From Candidatus Poribacteria bacterium (lineage in GTDB: Bacteria; Poribacteria; WGA-4E; WGA-3G), in NCBI GenBank assembly GCA_965205015.1, contig OZ242029.1, positions 2,208,001 through 2,272,000 on the forward strand: 64,000 nt of DNA. Reading direction: 5' to 3'. The first letter of the stretch is position 1, and each line of letters opens with the position of its first letter. The translations under genes and the position numbers were made by a program. Below, piece by piece: positions 1 to 9,660 of the stretch. The notes below the pieces were generated by a model, which searched no databases, was not told the DNA's origin, and saw only the letters and a program-made list of their open reading frames with translations.

Positions 1-1
1 G

Positions 2-466
2 CCGGACGGTCCCATACAGATCGCACACGAGGCAGTCGGAGCCATGCCTATCAACGTAGATAAGACGGACGCTGTCGAGGCTATCGAGGAGTGGAGCGAT
101 GGCAGAGGGGCGGATGTCGTCTTTGAGGCGGTTGGTGGGAGCGCGAATACACTGGAACAGGCGACAGAGATCGCCACGAAACGCGGACGCGTCTGTATGG
201 TCGGTGGTCATCGGACACCGCTTACCTTTTCAGAACGGTTCGCACGGAGTCGAGAACTCACGGTCATCTGGTCGTTCTGCTACGGCAGACGGGGTGGGAA
301 AACGGAGTTCCAAGTCGCCATCGACTTACTCGCTGCTGGTAAACTTGACCCGAATCCACTGATTACACATCGGTTCGACTTAGACGACGTCGCACAAGCG
401 TTCGCAGTCGCAGCCGAACGCGATGAACACGGATCCGTCAAGGTTCTCGTCCTACCTAACAATTAA
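2..466 (+). CDS. Zn-dependent alcohol dehydrogenase (MDR family), C-terminal part, 5' end outside window
   Basis: Frame open from base 2; GRGADVVFEAVG, GRVCMVG and LITHRFDLDDVAQAF...KVLV are typical MDR C-terminal motifs. Confidence 0.85.
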   Translation, partial: PDGPIQIAHEAVGAMPINVDKTDAVEAIEEWSDGRGADVVFEAVGGSANTLEQATEIATKRGRVCMVGGHRTPLTFSERFARSRELTVIWSFCYGRRGGKTEFQVAIDLLAAGKLDPNPLITHRFDLDDVAQAFAVAAERDEHGSVKVLVLPNN

Positions 467-512
467 CGGAGGAGGTTTGTATAGCAAGTTTTAGCTTGCA
501 AGCTACGCCAAA

Positions 513-1148
513 ATGGAAACTCTTAAACTACTCATATTTGTCGGAACAGAAGGAATTTACCACGATCATGCTGGGAACGGGCAGTTCTTGACACGCTTTG
601 TCAATGACACCGATGAGATTCAAGCCGATTTCTCGCAAGACTACGATATACTTGCGAATGGACTTGACGGATACGACACCGTGCTCTTCTACACTGATGT
701 TGGGGAACTCACGGAAGCACAGGAAGACGGTCTACTCGCCCATATCCGAACGGGCGGCGGGTTTTTTGGACTGCACACCGCAGCGGCTTCGTTCAGGAAA
801 GCTCGTGGCTACCACGGTATGCTCAACGCGTTCTTCAACGGACACAGTCCCTATATGGACTTCACCGTTACTGTGACCGATCCGGATCATCCGATTACCG
901 AAGGATTAACCGATTTTAAGGTGACGGATGAGCTCTATTATCTAAGGCACGAGCCCAGTATATCATACCATCTGATGCACGCCTATGACGAGACGAAAAA
1001 TGCGAGGCATGTCATGGCGTTTTACCATCCGTATGGCAAGGGCAGAGTGTTCTACTTCGCGCTCGGACACGATATGGCAGTCCTCGAGAATCCGAGTTTT
1101 CAGAGGATTATCTGCCGAGGCGCGCTGTGGGTTGGAAACCGGCTTTGA
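513..1148 (+). CDS. ThuA domain protein (class I glutamine-amidotransferase-like)
   Basis: YHDH, GGGFFGLHTA, HPITEGL.DF.V.DELY and YGKGRVFYFALGH motifs. Confidence 0.85.
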   Translation: METLKLLIFVGTEGIYHDHAGNGQFLTRFVNDTDEIQADFSQDYDILANGLDGYDTVLFYTDVGELTEAQEDGLLAHIRTGGGFFGLHTAAASFRKARGYHGMLNAFFNGHSPYMDFTVTVTDPDHPITEGLTDFKVTDELYYLRHEPSISYHLMHAYDETKNARHVMAFYHPYGKGRVFYFALGHDMAVLENPSFQRIICRGALWVGNRL

Positions 1149-1173
1149 AGGAAACAATGTTACCCCAGACCCG

Positions 1174-1198
1174 ATAGGTGCGGTTTCCTAACCGCACC
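1174..1198. repeat. REP-like palindrome
   Basis: GGTGCGGTT-tcct-AACCGCACC perfect stem between convergent genes. Confidence 0.7.
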
Positions 1199-1278
1199 GG
1201 ACTCGTGAGGAAATTACCGAATTAAATTGTTACGCTTCATGAAACCTCATCAGCGACATGAGTCGAGGTTCTAAAACC

Positions 1279-2607
1279 CTACACCATTTCACGTGCCGGA
1301 TAATGCGTATCCCCCGGCGATATATCCGTTGGGTCATTCGATACAGCCGTCTCCGGTGGCACCATAATCTGATTCTCGTTCACCGGATCATCGGTTTCCG
1401 TCCGCCATTGCTCCAAACGGTCTCGCATTTCTGCCAAAACGTCCGCGTAATCGGAGTTCTCCGCGAGGTTGTGTGCCTCCGACGGATCAAACACGACATC
1501 GTACAACCGTTCCGATTCAACCGGATCATCACCCCAACCGTGCTCCATCATAAAGGTCTTGCTAATGCTGTCATCGCAGTTCGGCAGTGCCCATTTTTCC
1601 GCAGCGTCATAACGGCGGATATATTTCCATCGCTTCGTTCGGATCGCGCGTTGGGGTTCGTAGCAGCAATGATAGTTGACTTCAGCGAAAATCGCATCGC
1701 GAACATCTTCCGCCTCACCGCGAACTAACGGAAGCACAGAATGCCCTTGGAGCCACGCCGGTGCTTCAATACCTGCCAACTCACAAATCGTCGGGAAGAG
1801 GTCAATCTGACTCACTAACCCGTCCACAACTTGTCCGCCACTAAAACCGCCGGGACCGCGAACAATAAGCATGATACCGATGCCGTGGTCGCTGAGATGA
1901 CACTTCATACGTGGGAAGGCCAGCCCGTGGTCGGTCGTGCATATCACAAGTGTGTTCTCGGTAAGCCCATTTTCCTCCAGCGCGTCAAAGACTATACCCA
2001 TTTTCCTATCAAGCGTCCGAGCCGCATCTATGTACTCCGCCATATCTTGACGAGTCACAGGTGTATCAGGGAACGGTGCAGGCGGTTTCACATAACGCGG
2101 GTCGGTTTTCGGTTCGCCATCCGGTGGTGGATCGAACCCCTTTGCTCGGCGATGCGTCTCACCAAATCCGACGTCTAAGAAAAAGGGACCATCATGTTTC
2201 TCCGAGATAAAATCGCGTGCGCGTTCTTCTGCCCCCGCACGCACGGTGCCTTCGGAGAGAAGCCGTTGATATCCTGTTTCCTTCAGATCTCGGACGACAT
2301 GCTGGAATCCTGCCAAGGCGGTGGTATATCCAGCCGCATTCAAGGTGTAGGTGATGAGGTGCTCTGGCACTGGGAGGCTCCAACCGCGGTTTGCCAACCC
2401 CCCCATACCGCAGCTATGTGCCCACTGTCCAGTGAGCAGTGCGGCGCGAGAGGGAGAACAGGTTGGATTCGCACAGAAGGCGTTTCGGAACACCACCCCT
2501 TCCTCCGCAAGTTTCTGGATATTCGGAGTCGGGATCGCATGCCCATAAGGTTGCACATACCGACCTGTATCGTGTGAATGAATGTACACTATATTGGGTT
2601 TGTTCAT
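1279..2607 (-). CDS. Sulfatase (N-sulphoglucosamine sulphohydrolase-like)
   Basis: KPNIVYIHSHD start, CSPSRAALLTG (CxPxR) formylglycine motif, TTDHG. Confidence 0.92.
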   Translation of the reverse strand: MNKPNIVYIHSHDTGRYVQPYGHAIPTPNIQKLAEEGVVFRNAFCANPTCSPSRAALLTGQWAHSCGMGGLANRGWSLPVPEHLITYTLNAAGYTTALAGFQHVVRDLKETGYQRLLSEGTVRAGAEERARDFISEKHDGPFFLDVGFGETHRRAKGFDPPPDGEPKTDPRYVKPPAPFPDTPVTRQDMAEYIDAARTLDRKMGIVFDALEENGLTENTLVICTTDHGLAFPRMKCHLSDHGIGIMLIVRGPGGFSGGQVVDGLVSQIDLFPTICELAGIEAPAWLQGHSVLPLVRGEAEDVRDAIFAEVNYHCCYEPQRAIRTKRWKYIRRYDAAEKWALPNCDDSISKTFMMEHGWGDDPVESERLYDVVFDPSEAHNLAENSDYADVLAEMRDRLEQWRTETDDPVNENQIMVPPETAVSNDPTDISPGDTHYPAREMV

Positions 2608-2638
2608 GTCGTAACCTTTAATATAAAGTTAATATAAA

Positions 2639-2662
2639 GTAGGCGCGCTTACGAAGCGCGCC
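2639..2662. repeat. GTAG-type REP-like palindrome
   Basis: gta-GGCGCGCTT-acg-AAGCGCGCC. Confidence 0.7.
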
Positions 2663-2716
2663 GATTCTGCAAAAAACTTCTTTATTTCTCAAGAACTCTT
2701 GGACATAAGCCGGGAG

Positions 2717-2929
2717 TTACTCCGGCTGGAGGTGTGCCCGGGCAGCATCTTCCTCCAAAAGGTGCCAGTCTCGCGTAAGCATAGCTTCACTGAGCAAGGC
2801 GATTTCAGGAACTCGGAGTTCCTCGCTGAAAATTGTCGCAAACGTCTGTCTGAGTTTCGGCAACCGGTTTCGTCGAGTTAATTTCGCAGTGCTCTGTGCA
2901 TTGAGTGTCGTTTCAACAATTCTTGACAT
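2717..2929 (-). CDS. Small 70-aa protein resembling antitoxins found upstream of PemK/MazF toxins; no partner toxin
   Basis: ATG 2929 with GGAGGT RBS; C-terminal EIALLSEAMLTRDW..EEDAARAHLQ resembles the recalled ALLSE.ALA.DW.RPEED.AW.HL antitoxin motif. Confidence 0.55.
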   Translation of the reverse strand: MSRIVETTLNAQSTAKLTRRNRLPKLRQTFATIFSEELRVPEIALLSEAMLTRDWHLLEEDAARAHLQPE

Positions 2930-3016
2930 GGTACACCTCCTATGAACGTGTCGCTCCACCAAAACTAAGAGCGAATAGGAAAGACAATACATATCTGGGT
3001 AATGCTGTATAATCCC

Positions 3017-3045
3017 AGTATACTTTAAATGCGCAAAAATGTCAA
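3017..3045 (-). promoter_or_regulatory. Sigma-70-type promoter for the 2929 ORF
   Basis: TTGACA-17 bp-TATACT on minus strand. Confidence 0.7.
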
Positions 3046-3081
3046 GAAATTTTTTTAGTCCCATATCCATTCAGTTCTCTT

Positions 3082-3156
3082 GTAGGAGTGAGCTGTGCTC
3101 GCGACGCGCTGGCGCGTAGGCTGGATTGAATGCCTCTGAAAAATCCAAAACCCAAC
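3082..3156 (+). repeat. Two adjacent GTAG-initiated REP-like elements
   Basis: GTAGGAGTGAGCTGTGCTCGCGAC, then GTAGGCTGGATTGAA...AAACCCAAC. Confidence 0.5.
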
Positions 3157-3301
3157 AACATACCCCTTAACTGCATTTAAATTGCGATTTTTGTGGGGCT
3201 TTGGTATCCTGTTGACAGATAAACAAAAATGCGTTTGATACAGACCTTGAGAGGGACAAACCTTTAGTTACCGAACACATCATTGAATAGAGGAGACACC
3301 C

Positions 3302-4237
3302 ATGGCACAACGAGAAACGCTACCTTTCGTAGAGTCGACAGGCAGTTTTGCAAATGCAAGATACCGAGGCACCCGTATGCCGCCACCAGAGTGGGTGGAA
3401 AATCCCGATGAACGGAAGAGCATGTATGTACGGGAATCGATCAAGGTTTACAACGGGCGTCTGTTGCAACCCCCTCCAAACCTGGAGGCGAACGGCTTCC
3501 AGTTGGTAGACGCAGATACACAGGTGAGAAATCTTCACGATCAGGATGCCGTAACGACGCGCTTCTACCAGGAGTGCACTGACCTCATCACAGCAATTAC
3601 AGGGTGCAGCGAAACACGGGTGATGCAACACCAATATCGAAATGGGTTCGGTGGACTTCCTAAGGGACACCCGCGTGGCGATAAACCAACGGCAAATGGA
3701 AGTGAAGGCACCTACGGTGGCATCCATTCAGATGTCAGTCCGTATTCCGAAGACGGGTTTGAAAAGATTGCCAACGGAAAGCACTTTCAGATGTACAATG
3801 TATGGCGGAGTACCGATCTGGAGAGAGACATTTACGTCATGCCACTCGCCATTTGCGACATGGCGACGGTTACAAGAGAGGATATAATTGCCGCCGATGC
3901 GTGGTCCCAGACAGAAACGCCGAGACGACTTGTCAGTTTGCGGCTTGTACATAGCCCGAATCAGCGGTGGTACTACTTTCCGCGGATGACACCCCAGGAG
4001 ACGCTGATTTTCAAGCAGTACGACACACGTCAAGAACAATCTAACATGCGCACAGCCTTCCACGGTGCAATAGACGATCCAACGACACCGGAAGACGCGC
4101 CGCTTCGTGAAACCATTGAAGTGCGCTTACTTGCCCTGTTCGATGAAGACACGGATCGGGAGACAAGAAAGGCAAGATTTCAAGCCGAGGTCCCCGAGAC
4201 CCACGCTGATGGCAACATCTCTGATTGGGTACAGTGA
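3302..4237 (+). CDS. CmcJ/NvfI family Fe(II)-dependent oxidoreductase/hydroxylase
   Basis: NGFQL, HSD, YNVWR, PLAICD, PNQRWYYFPRMTP.E.LIFK.YD, AFHGA..DP, RETIEVR; AGGAG RBS. Confidence 0.85.
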   Translation: MAQRETLPFVESTGSFANARYRGTRMPPPEWVENPDERKSMYVRESIKVYNGRLLQPPPNLEANGFQLVDADTQVRNLHDQDAVTTRFYQECTDLITAITGCSETRVMQHQYRNGFGGLPKGHPRGDKPTANGSEGTYGGIHSDVSPYSEDGFEKIANGKHFQMYNVWRSTDLERDIYVMPLAICDMATVTREDIIAADAWSQTETPRRLVSLRLVHSPNQRWYYFPRMTPQETLIFKQYDTRQEQSNMRTAFHGAIDDPTTPEDAPLRETIEVRLLALFDEDTDRETRKARFQAEVPETHADGNISDWVQ

Positions 4238-4248
4238 TGACCAGTACC

Positions 4249-4350
4249 GTAGGGTGGGTTGAACGAAACTCAGAAAACCGATACGAGAGTTCCTAATCCA
4301 TCAAATCTAACAGAGGAACGTATATACCCAAAAACCAAGTGAAACCCAAC
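4249..4350 (+). repeat. GTAG-initiated REP-like element, same family as 3116-3156
   Basis: GTAGGGTGGGTTGAACG...GTGAAACCCAAC. Confidence 0.5.
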
Positions 4351-4375
4351 TTCATCAGGAGTGTTTGATATCCAA

Positions 4376-5428
4376 TTAGCGATCTGCCGCCGCTTGTTTC
4401 GCCTTGTTGATCTCCGTCAACACATTCATGGCGTGCAGGGACTCCGCTTTATCGTATTGCGGGCACTGACGCAAACCGGCGGCAAGACAGCGATGGATGG
4501 CTTCAGCTTGGTAGAGAAATCCGTGTTGATTCGGAGAAGATCTCGTCATCGCTACAGATCCCGGCAACGGATACTCAAAGTAATGTAACGGAGCAGGTGC
4601 GTTTCGGGTCCTGTATTGCGAAGGCACGCCGTTGGGCGGTGGAATCCGGATAGAGATACGCGTCGGGCAATGTCCCGGACGCTCAAGCGTGATGCGTCCC
4701 GCTGTACCGACAAGTTCTGTCACCTCTGGGAGTTCCGAGGTGCGAGGCGGGAAGGTCAGTATCGCGTATTTGTCCTCACCGTAGTCCACAATTGCGCCAC
4801 CGGCATTGTTGACGACGACAGTGACCGATATCGGCACGGCAGAAGCCCCGAATGCCAGCGGTGCTGCTTGGACGGTATAGATCGGGTCGAAAAAATCGGA
4901 TTGTGTTAGCACAACCTCTCCAATCGTACCTGCCTCAATGGCGACACGGGCATGCTCCACGGCAGGAAAGAAACGGGTCCACATACCGTCCTGCATCATC
5001 ACATCCTGTTCCTCGGCTGCTGCATACATCTCTTGCGCATCGGAGAGGGTCTCGGTGAGAGGTTTCTCGCAGAGCACATGTTTACCTCCCTCAATGGCGA
5101 GAAGGGTATGTTCCTTGTGCAGTCGGTTGATCGTGCCGATGTATACAATATCTATGTCATCGGCTGCAACCATTTCCCTATAGTTCCCGTAAGCAGTCGC
5201 GACGCCATACTGTCTCGCGAACGCTTTCGCTCGGTCAAGGTCCCGTGCCGCCACGGCGGTTACAGTTGCGCCTTCGCAAGCGTGTAGAGCCTCTACCCAC
5301 ATCGCCGAGATGTTACCAGCACCGAGAATACCCCAACGTAACGGAAATGCGACATCTGCCGCATCTGTAACCCCTCGGCGGATGTCCAGTGGTGTTGAGA
5401 GGGGCATATTATTTCGCATCGAATTCAT
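4376..5428 (-). CDS. Gfo/Idh/MocA oxidoreductase (dihydrodiol dehydrogenase-like)
   Basis: LRWGILGAGNIS, GKHVLCEKP, MWTRFFPA. Confidence 0.9.
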   Translation of the reverse strand: MNSMRNNMPLSTPLDIRRGVTDAADVAFPLRWGILGAGNISAMWVEALHACEGATVTAVAARDLDRAKAFARQYGVATAYGNYREMVAADDIDIVYIGTINRLHKEHTLLAIEGGKHVLCEKPLTETLSDAQEMYAAAEEQDVMMQDGMWTRFFPAVEHARVAIEAGTIGEVVLTQSDFFDPIYTVQAAPLAFGASAVPISVTVVVNNAGGAIVDYGEDKYAILTFPPRTSELPEVTELVGTAGRITLERPGHCPTRISIRIPPPNGVPSQYRTRNAPAPLHYFEYPLPGSVAMTRSSPNQHGFLYQAEAIHRCLAAGLRQCPQYDKAESLHAMNVLTEINKAKQAAADR

Positions 5429-5464
5429 AACGGTCTCCCTTCGTCAAAACGGATCCGGTTAACT

Positions 5465-6478
5465 TTATTCCCACGCGTCAAGGACAACTTTCCCACAGTC
5501 ATGTGTACACTGCAACGCCCACGCTTCCTGAATCTCGCTCATAGGGAAGGTGTGCGTGATGAATGTATCCAACGGATCCTTCACTTGTGTAATCATCCGC
5601 ATCATAGCAGGCGTGTCTGCGAGATTGTAATGCCGCGTGCCGTGTAATGTCAAGCCTTTATTGATAATACCGCTCCCCTGAATTTCCACGTCACCAATGC
5701 CGCCAATCAATGAAATGTGTCCTTTCGGGCGTGTTACGTCAATCAATAATCGGACGGCTGCGGAAGCCGCTGAGCATTCGATACCTTTGTCTACCCCTTT
5801 GCCCTCCGTCAAATCTTGAATCTGATCGGCGACATCCTCGTCTTGTGGATTGACGACTTCCGCCGCACCGAGTTTTTTCGCCAGGGCCGCTCGATACGGA
5901 TGGCTCTCAACTGCGATGACGCGCGCACCTCTATACACGGCGTTAATCACGCCACCCAGTCCGATGGGTCCCATTCCCGTAATCAGAACAGTATCAAACG
6001 CGTTGATGTTCATCAACCGCATGGCATTAGATGTCGAGCCAAGTCCACAACATGCCATTCCAGCGTGATGATAGGAAACCCCCTCCGGGATCGGCACCAA
6101 TAGCCAGTCCTGTTTAAGGACGTACTGCGCGAAAGTCGCCGTTACACCCGTCTGTCCGGTAGCATGTAGGATCTTGTTGTCGTCCGGGCAGTGGGCATAT
6201 TCACCTGTTAAGCAGAGATGACACTTTCCACAAGGGAAGTGTGGCATGACGACAACGCGGTCGCCTACCTTGACAGTGCCCTCTTGTGCGATTTCTACCA
6301 CTTCACCCGCGGCTTCGTGTCCGAAAGTGTCACTTTTATGTTCGCTTGTGAAGCCTTTGTATTCCGTACACATGGGGACCGAATGAATTTTGACAACGAC
6401 GAACTCACCCTTCGCAACTGGGTCGGGTTTATCGATTAAGCCTGCCCTTTCGGGACCGAATTTTGCAACAACTTTCAT
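5465..6478 (-). CDS. Zn-binding alcohol/sugar dehydrogenase
   Basis: GHEAAG, CGKCHLC...C structural Zn site, GMGPIG. Confidence 0.9.
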   Translation of the reverse strand: MKVVAKFGPERAGLIDKPDPVAKGEFVVVKIHSVPMCTEYKGFTSEHKSDTFGHEAAGEVVEIAQEGTVKVGDRVVVMPHFPCGKCHLCLTGEYAHCPDDNKILHATGQTGVTATFAQYVLKQDWLLVPIPEGVSYHHAGMACCGLGSTSNAMRLMNINAFDTVLITGMGPIGLGGVINAVYRGARVIAVESHPYRAALAKKLGAAEVVNPQDEDVADQIQDLTEGKGVDKGIECSAASAAVRLLIDVTRPKGHISLIGGIGDVEIQGSGIINKGLTLHGTRHYNLADTPAMMRMITQVKDPLDTFITHTFPMSEIQEAWALQCTHDCGKVVLDAWE

Positions 6479-6500
6479 TCAAACCTCCGTTTTTTGAATA

Positions 6501-7886
6501 TTAGGCGTCGGTTTCTTCTGCCGTCTCATCTTCGTGCATAATTTCCTTTAACTTGAGTCCAATCCGAAAAGCGGCGAGACAGATGCCTACTGAAATCGCG
6601 AACAACCATTGATAACCGATATGGGGAGCGAGAAATCCGGCAAGAAGGGGCCCGAAACTCACGGGCATAAGGAGCGTGTTCATGAAACCGATGTAACTCG
6701 GACGGTTCCGAGGCGGCGCGATGTTCAACATGTATGCCATAAACCCCACCATCATGCCGTTTGACAATATACCCCCAACGATGAAGATTAGGAAAAAGGC
6801 GGGCATTTGTAATGAAGTCGGCAGTAGACTCGATGAAAAAGCAAGCGCAGGTGGAATACCCATCAATCCTGCCGTGATAATCAGCAACCATCGCACCCCA
6901 TACTTTTCGCCGATGTGTCCCCAGAGTGTGTTTGAAACGACTCCACTGAGTGCCGAACAGACGATGAAAAATCCCATCGTTGCTTCTGAAAACCCGAGTT
7001 CATTCAACGCGTAGGGCATATAAAAGGGGGATGCCATGCCAGAGAAATGTGCGAAGACCCGGAAGAGAATAAAACGCCGATAATTGATGTCTGTTCGCAG
7101 AAAATGTGCCCCGTGTTTTAAATGTTGCCACATCGGTTGACGCCTCGGATGGACGGGATGGATAGGCTCGCGCACGCCCAAGAAACTCACGAAAGAGAAG
7201 AACGCTGAAGTCACCGAGCAGACAAAGAGAAAGGCGTAGTTATACGGGAACCCCAGATCGGTATCCAGACGACAAACGGAACCGATAAAATACATCGTGA
7301 CCGTTTTGAAAGTTTGCGTAATGCCACCGAGTATACCCGTAAATTCGGATTCGTCCCCCAGCACCGCACGAACAAGAAATCCAACCCAGATGGCGAAAAA
7401 TCCACCGTATAGTTGTCGCAGGCTGAAGAAACGCGCACGCTGTTGCGGGGCTATCGCTTTGGAAACGATGTCCATGTACGGAAGGGTCGAAATCCCCATG
7501 GCGGAGGAGGATATGAAATAGAGACACAAAAAAGAGGCGGCAAGCAGCATCGGCTTTTGCTCACCAATTGTGATAGTGCAGAAAAAGACAGCGAGCCAAG
7601 CTAAAACGCGAACGCTCATACCGAGCACGTAAAACGGCATTTTTCGCGGACGATGTTCAAGCAGGTTCGACATCAGCAGTTGGGGCCACATCCACCCCGC
7701 CGTCATCATTGAACCCGTTAAACCCACCAGAATATCGGAGCCACTTAATTTATGGATAAAAGCAGGAAGGACCGTCGATGAATCCGCAAACGCTAAGTTG
7801 ATACGCATAAAAGTGCCTTGGAGCACCCCAAATCGGAAGTTACGCGTTTTGGTGTCGGAGTTAGAAACCCCTTCTACTTTAGGCAT
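6501..7886 (-). CDS. MFS transporter
   Basis: About 12 hydrophobic segments; WGHIGEKYG motif-A-like. Confidence 0.85.
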   Translation of the reverse strand: MPKVEGVSNSDTKTRNFRFGVLQGTFMRINLAFADSSTVLPAFIHKLSGSDILVGLTGSMMTAGWMWPQLLMSNLLEHRPRKMPFYVLGMSVRVLAWLAVFFCTITIGEQKPMLLAASFLCLYFISSSAMGISTLPYMDIVSKAIAPQQRARFFSLRQLYGGFFAIWVGFLVRAVLGDESEFTGILGGITQTFKTVTMYFIGSVCRLDTDLGFPYNYAFLFVCSVTSAFFSFVSFLGVREPIHPVHPRRQPMWQHLKHGAHFLRTDINYRRFILFRVFAHFSGMASPFYMPYALNELGFSEATMGFFIVCSALSGVVSNTLWGHIGEKYGVRWLLIITAGLMGIPPALAFSSSLLPTSLQMPAFFLIFIVGGILSNGMMVGFMAYMLNIAPPRNRPSYIGFMNTLLMPVSFGPLLAGFLAPHIGYQWLFAISVGICLAAFRIGLKLKEIMHEDETAEETDA

Positions 7887-8017
7887 TCTTTCTTTAATTC
7901 CTATCCAAGTTTCTTGTATCTATAGAGGTGTCAGCCATCGGTTGGCAGTCTGCTCGCAGTGAGAACCAGAGAACATTGTCGATACTCTGGTAAATTCTAA
8001 AAATAAATAGACATCTT

Positions 8018-8158
8018 GTAGGGGCTGCCCTTGTGGCTGCCCGACCGCTGCCCTTGTGGCTGCCCGACCGCTGCCCTTGTGGCTGCCCGACCGCTGCCCT
8101 TGTGGCTGCCCGACCGCTGCCCTTGTGGCTGCCCGACCGCTGCCCTTGTGGCTGCCCG
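8018..8158 (+). repeat. Tandem array of a 23-bp REP-derived unit (5 full copies plus 20 bp)
   Basis: GCTGCCCTTGTGGCTGCCCGACC repeated from 8024, preceded by GTAGGG; no spacers. Confidence 0.95.
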
Positions 8159-8439
8159 CGACGCATCGGGTGCTGACTGCTGAAAGCGTAGCGACCTGAC
8201 TGCTGACGGCTACTCTATCTTTTGACATAATTTTTGCAATTAGGTTGAATTGAAATTGCCATCGTTTATTCGGCACGAAAACAAAATTTCCTTTACAGTC
8301 CCCCAAAGTTGTGCTAAAGTTCATATAAACTTTTTTCGCTATCAGGTTTTTTGAGTACTCTGGATATCCTTTTTAAAATCGGATCGCAAACCTGCAGCAA
8401 TACGCAGAAACACCCAAGCAAAGACACCAAGCAAAAACA

Positions 8440-8624
8440 CGCAGGCGACTTTAGAGAAGGATACGTCAAAGTTCTAACCTATGTCGTTCTCCCGCAAGGA
8501 AAAATTAGGAATCTGAGCATCTTTTTTATCATCGGATTACAAGCCTGCAACAACGGCGCAGGCGACTCCAGAGAAGGGTGCGTCAAAGTTCTAACCCACG
8601 TCGTTCTCCCGCAAGGAAAAATTA
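8440..8624. repeat. Two 68-bp direct repeats (8440-8507 and 8557-8624)
   Basis: Identical except for 6 transitions; the second copy ends 4 bp before ATG 8629. Confidence 0.9.
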
Positions 8625-8628
8625 AAAA

Positions 8629-9582
8629 ATGGAACCTCTTCGGATTGGATTTCTCGGTGCCGGCGGTTTCGCAAGGCACACCATTTATCCCGCACTACAT
8701 CTCGCCCCTGTCGCATTGCAAGCCGTTTGTGATGCCGACGAAGATCGCGCAAAAGACGCTGCTGGCAAATTCGGTACAGGAAGATATTACACCGATCGGC
8801 ACGAAATGTTTGAAAAGGAAGACCTCGAAGCAGTCATCATCTCCATGGGACCCGACCCGCGGCAGCCGCTTGTGCTTGAAACGCTGGAGGCAGGATACCA
8901 CGTCTTCGTTCCCAAACCCCCCGCACCATCGCTCGCAGAAACAATCACGCTGGCGGAAACTGCAGAACAGCAGGGTAAGACCCTGATGGTAAACTTCCAG
9001 CGCCGGTTCAGCCTCGGGGTGCGGGAGGCAAGAGAGATTATGCAGACCGAATCCTTCGGGCAACTCACGCAGCTCTTCTGCTCCTTCTGTAGTGGTAAGT
9101 ACCCGACAGTCAAAAGTTACCTGCTCGATTTTGCCATCCACCACTTCGATTTAGCGCGGCACATCGCTGGCGCGGATGTGAAAGAACTTAGCGTTTTTCA
9201 CAATGAAGTCGACGGGCAAGGTGCCTTTGCTGTCGCCGTAGAATATACAAACGGTGCTGTGGGAAGTTTACAGTTGACCAGCCAACGCTTGTGGCAGCGC
9301 AACTATGACTACATCGAAATCACGGGACAACATGAATACATCGTTTTAGACGGATTGTGGGGTGCCCAACACTTCACCGAATCCGGCAATACCTTCACCT
9401 CAAACTTCTCCGATCAGCGCAATGGCGAATTAACAGGCGATGGTATCAGTCTCACCGAGTTCGCCAACGCCATTCGTGAAGACCGAGAGCCAATATCCAG
9501 CATACACGACTGTGTTGGCACGATGCGGTTCTACGATGCGGTCCTTCAACGCAAAAAAGGCGTTATCTCCTTAGTCGATTAG
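8629..9582 (+). CDS. Gfo/Idh/MocA oxidoreductase
   Basis: LRIGFLGAGGFA, HVFVPKP, VNFQRRF, LLDFAIHHFD. Confidence 0.9.
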   Translation: MEPLRIGFLGAGGFARHTIYPALHLAPVALQAVCDADEDRAKDAAGKFGTGRYYTDRHEMFEKEDLEAVIISMGPDPRQPLVLETLEAGYHVFVPKPPAPSLAETITLAETAEQQGKTLMVNFQRRFSLGVREAREIMQTESFGQLTQLFCSFCSGKYPTVKSYLLDFAIHHFDLARHIAGADVKELSVFHNEVDGQGAFAVAVEYTNGAVGSLQLTSQRLWQRNYDYIEITGQHEYIVLDGLWGAQHFTESGNTFTSNFSDQRNGELTGDGISLTEFANAIREDREPISSIHDCVGTMRFYDAVLQRKKGVISLVD

Positions 9583-9612
9583 CCTGACCGAGACCCGCAC
9601 TCCCTATTCGCT

Positions 9613-9635
9613 GGCGAGGTTTCCCAACCTCGCCA
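9613..9635. repeat. REP-like palindrome, same family as 58078-58104
   Basis: TGGCGAGGTT-tccc-AACCTCGCCA. Confidence 0.75.
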
Positions 9636-9660
9636 ACCCGCCGGTATACACGTATGACCC

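Noticed and set aside
2717-3070. 117-aa version of the small ORF
   Set aside because: The extension runs through the promoter; the RBS supports ATG 2929.
8018-8158. Possible CRISPR array
   Set aside because: Units are head-to-tail with no unique spacers, and there are no cas genes in the window.
7894-8324. ORFs 7894-8166 and 7920-8324
   Set aside because: They are translations of the 23-bp tandem repeat, with no RBS or protein-like composition.
8351-8986. 211-aa ORF with an internal peptide repeat
   Set aside because: It reads through the two 68-bp repeats and overlaps the real oxidoreductase out of frame.
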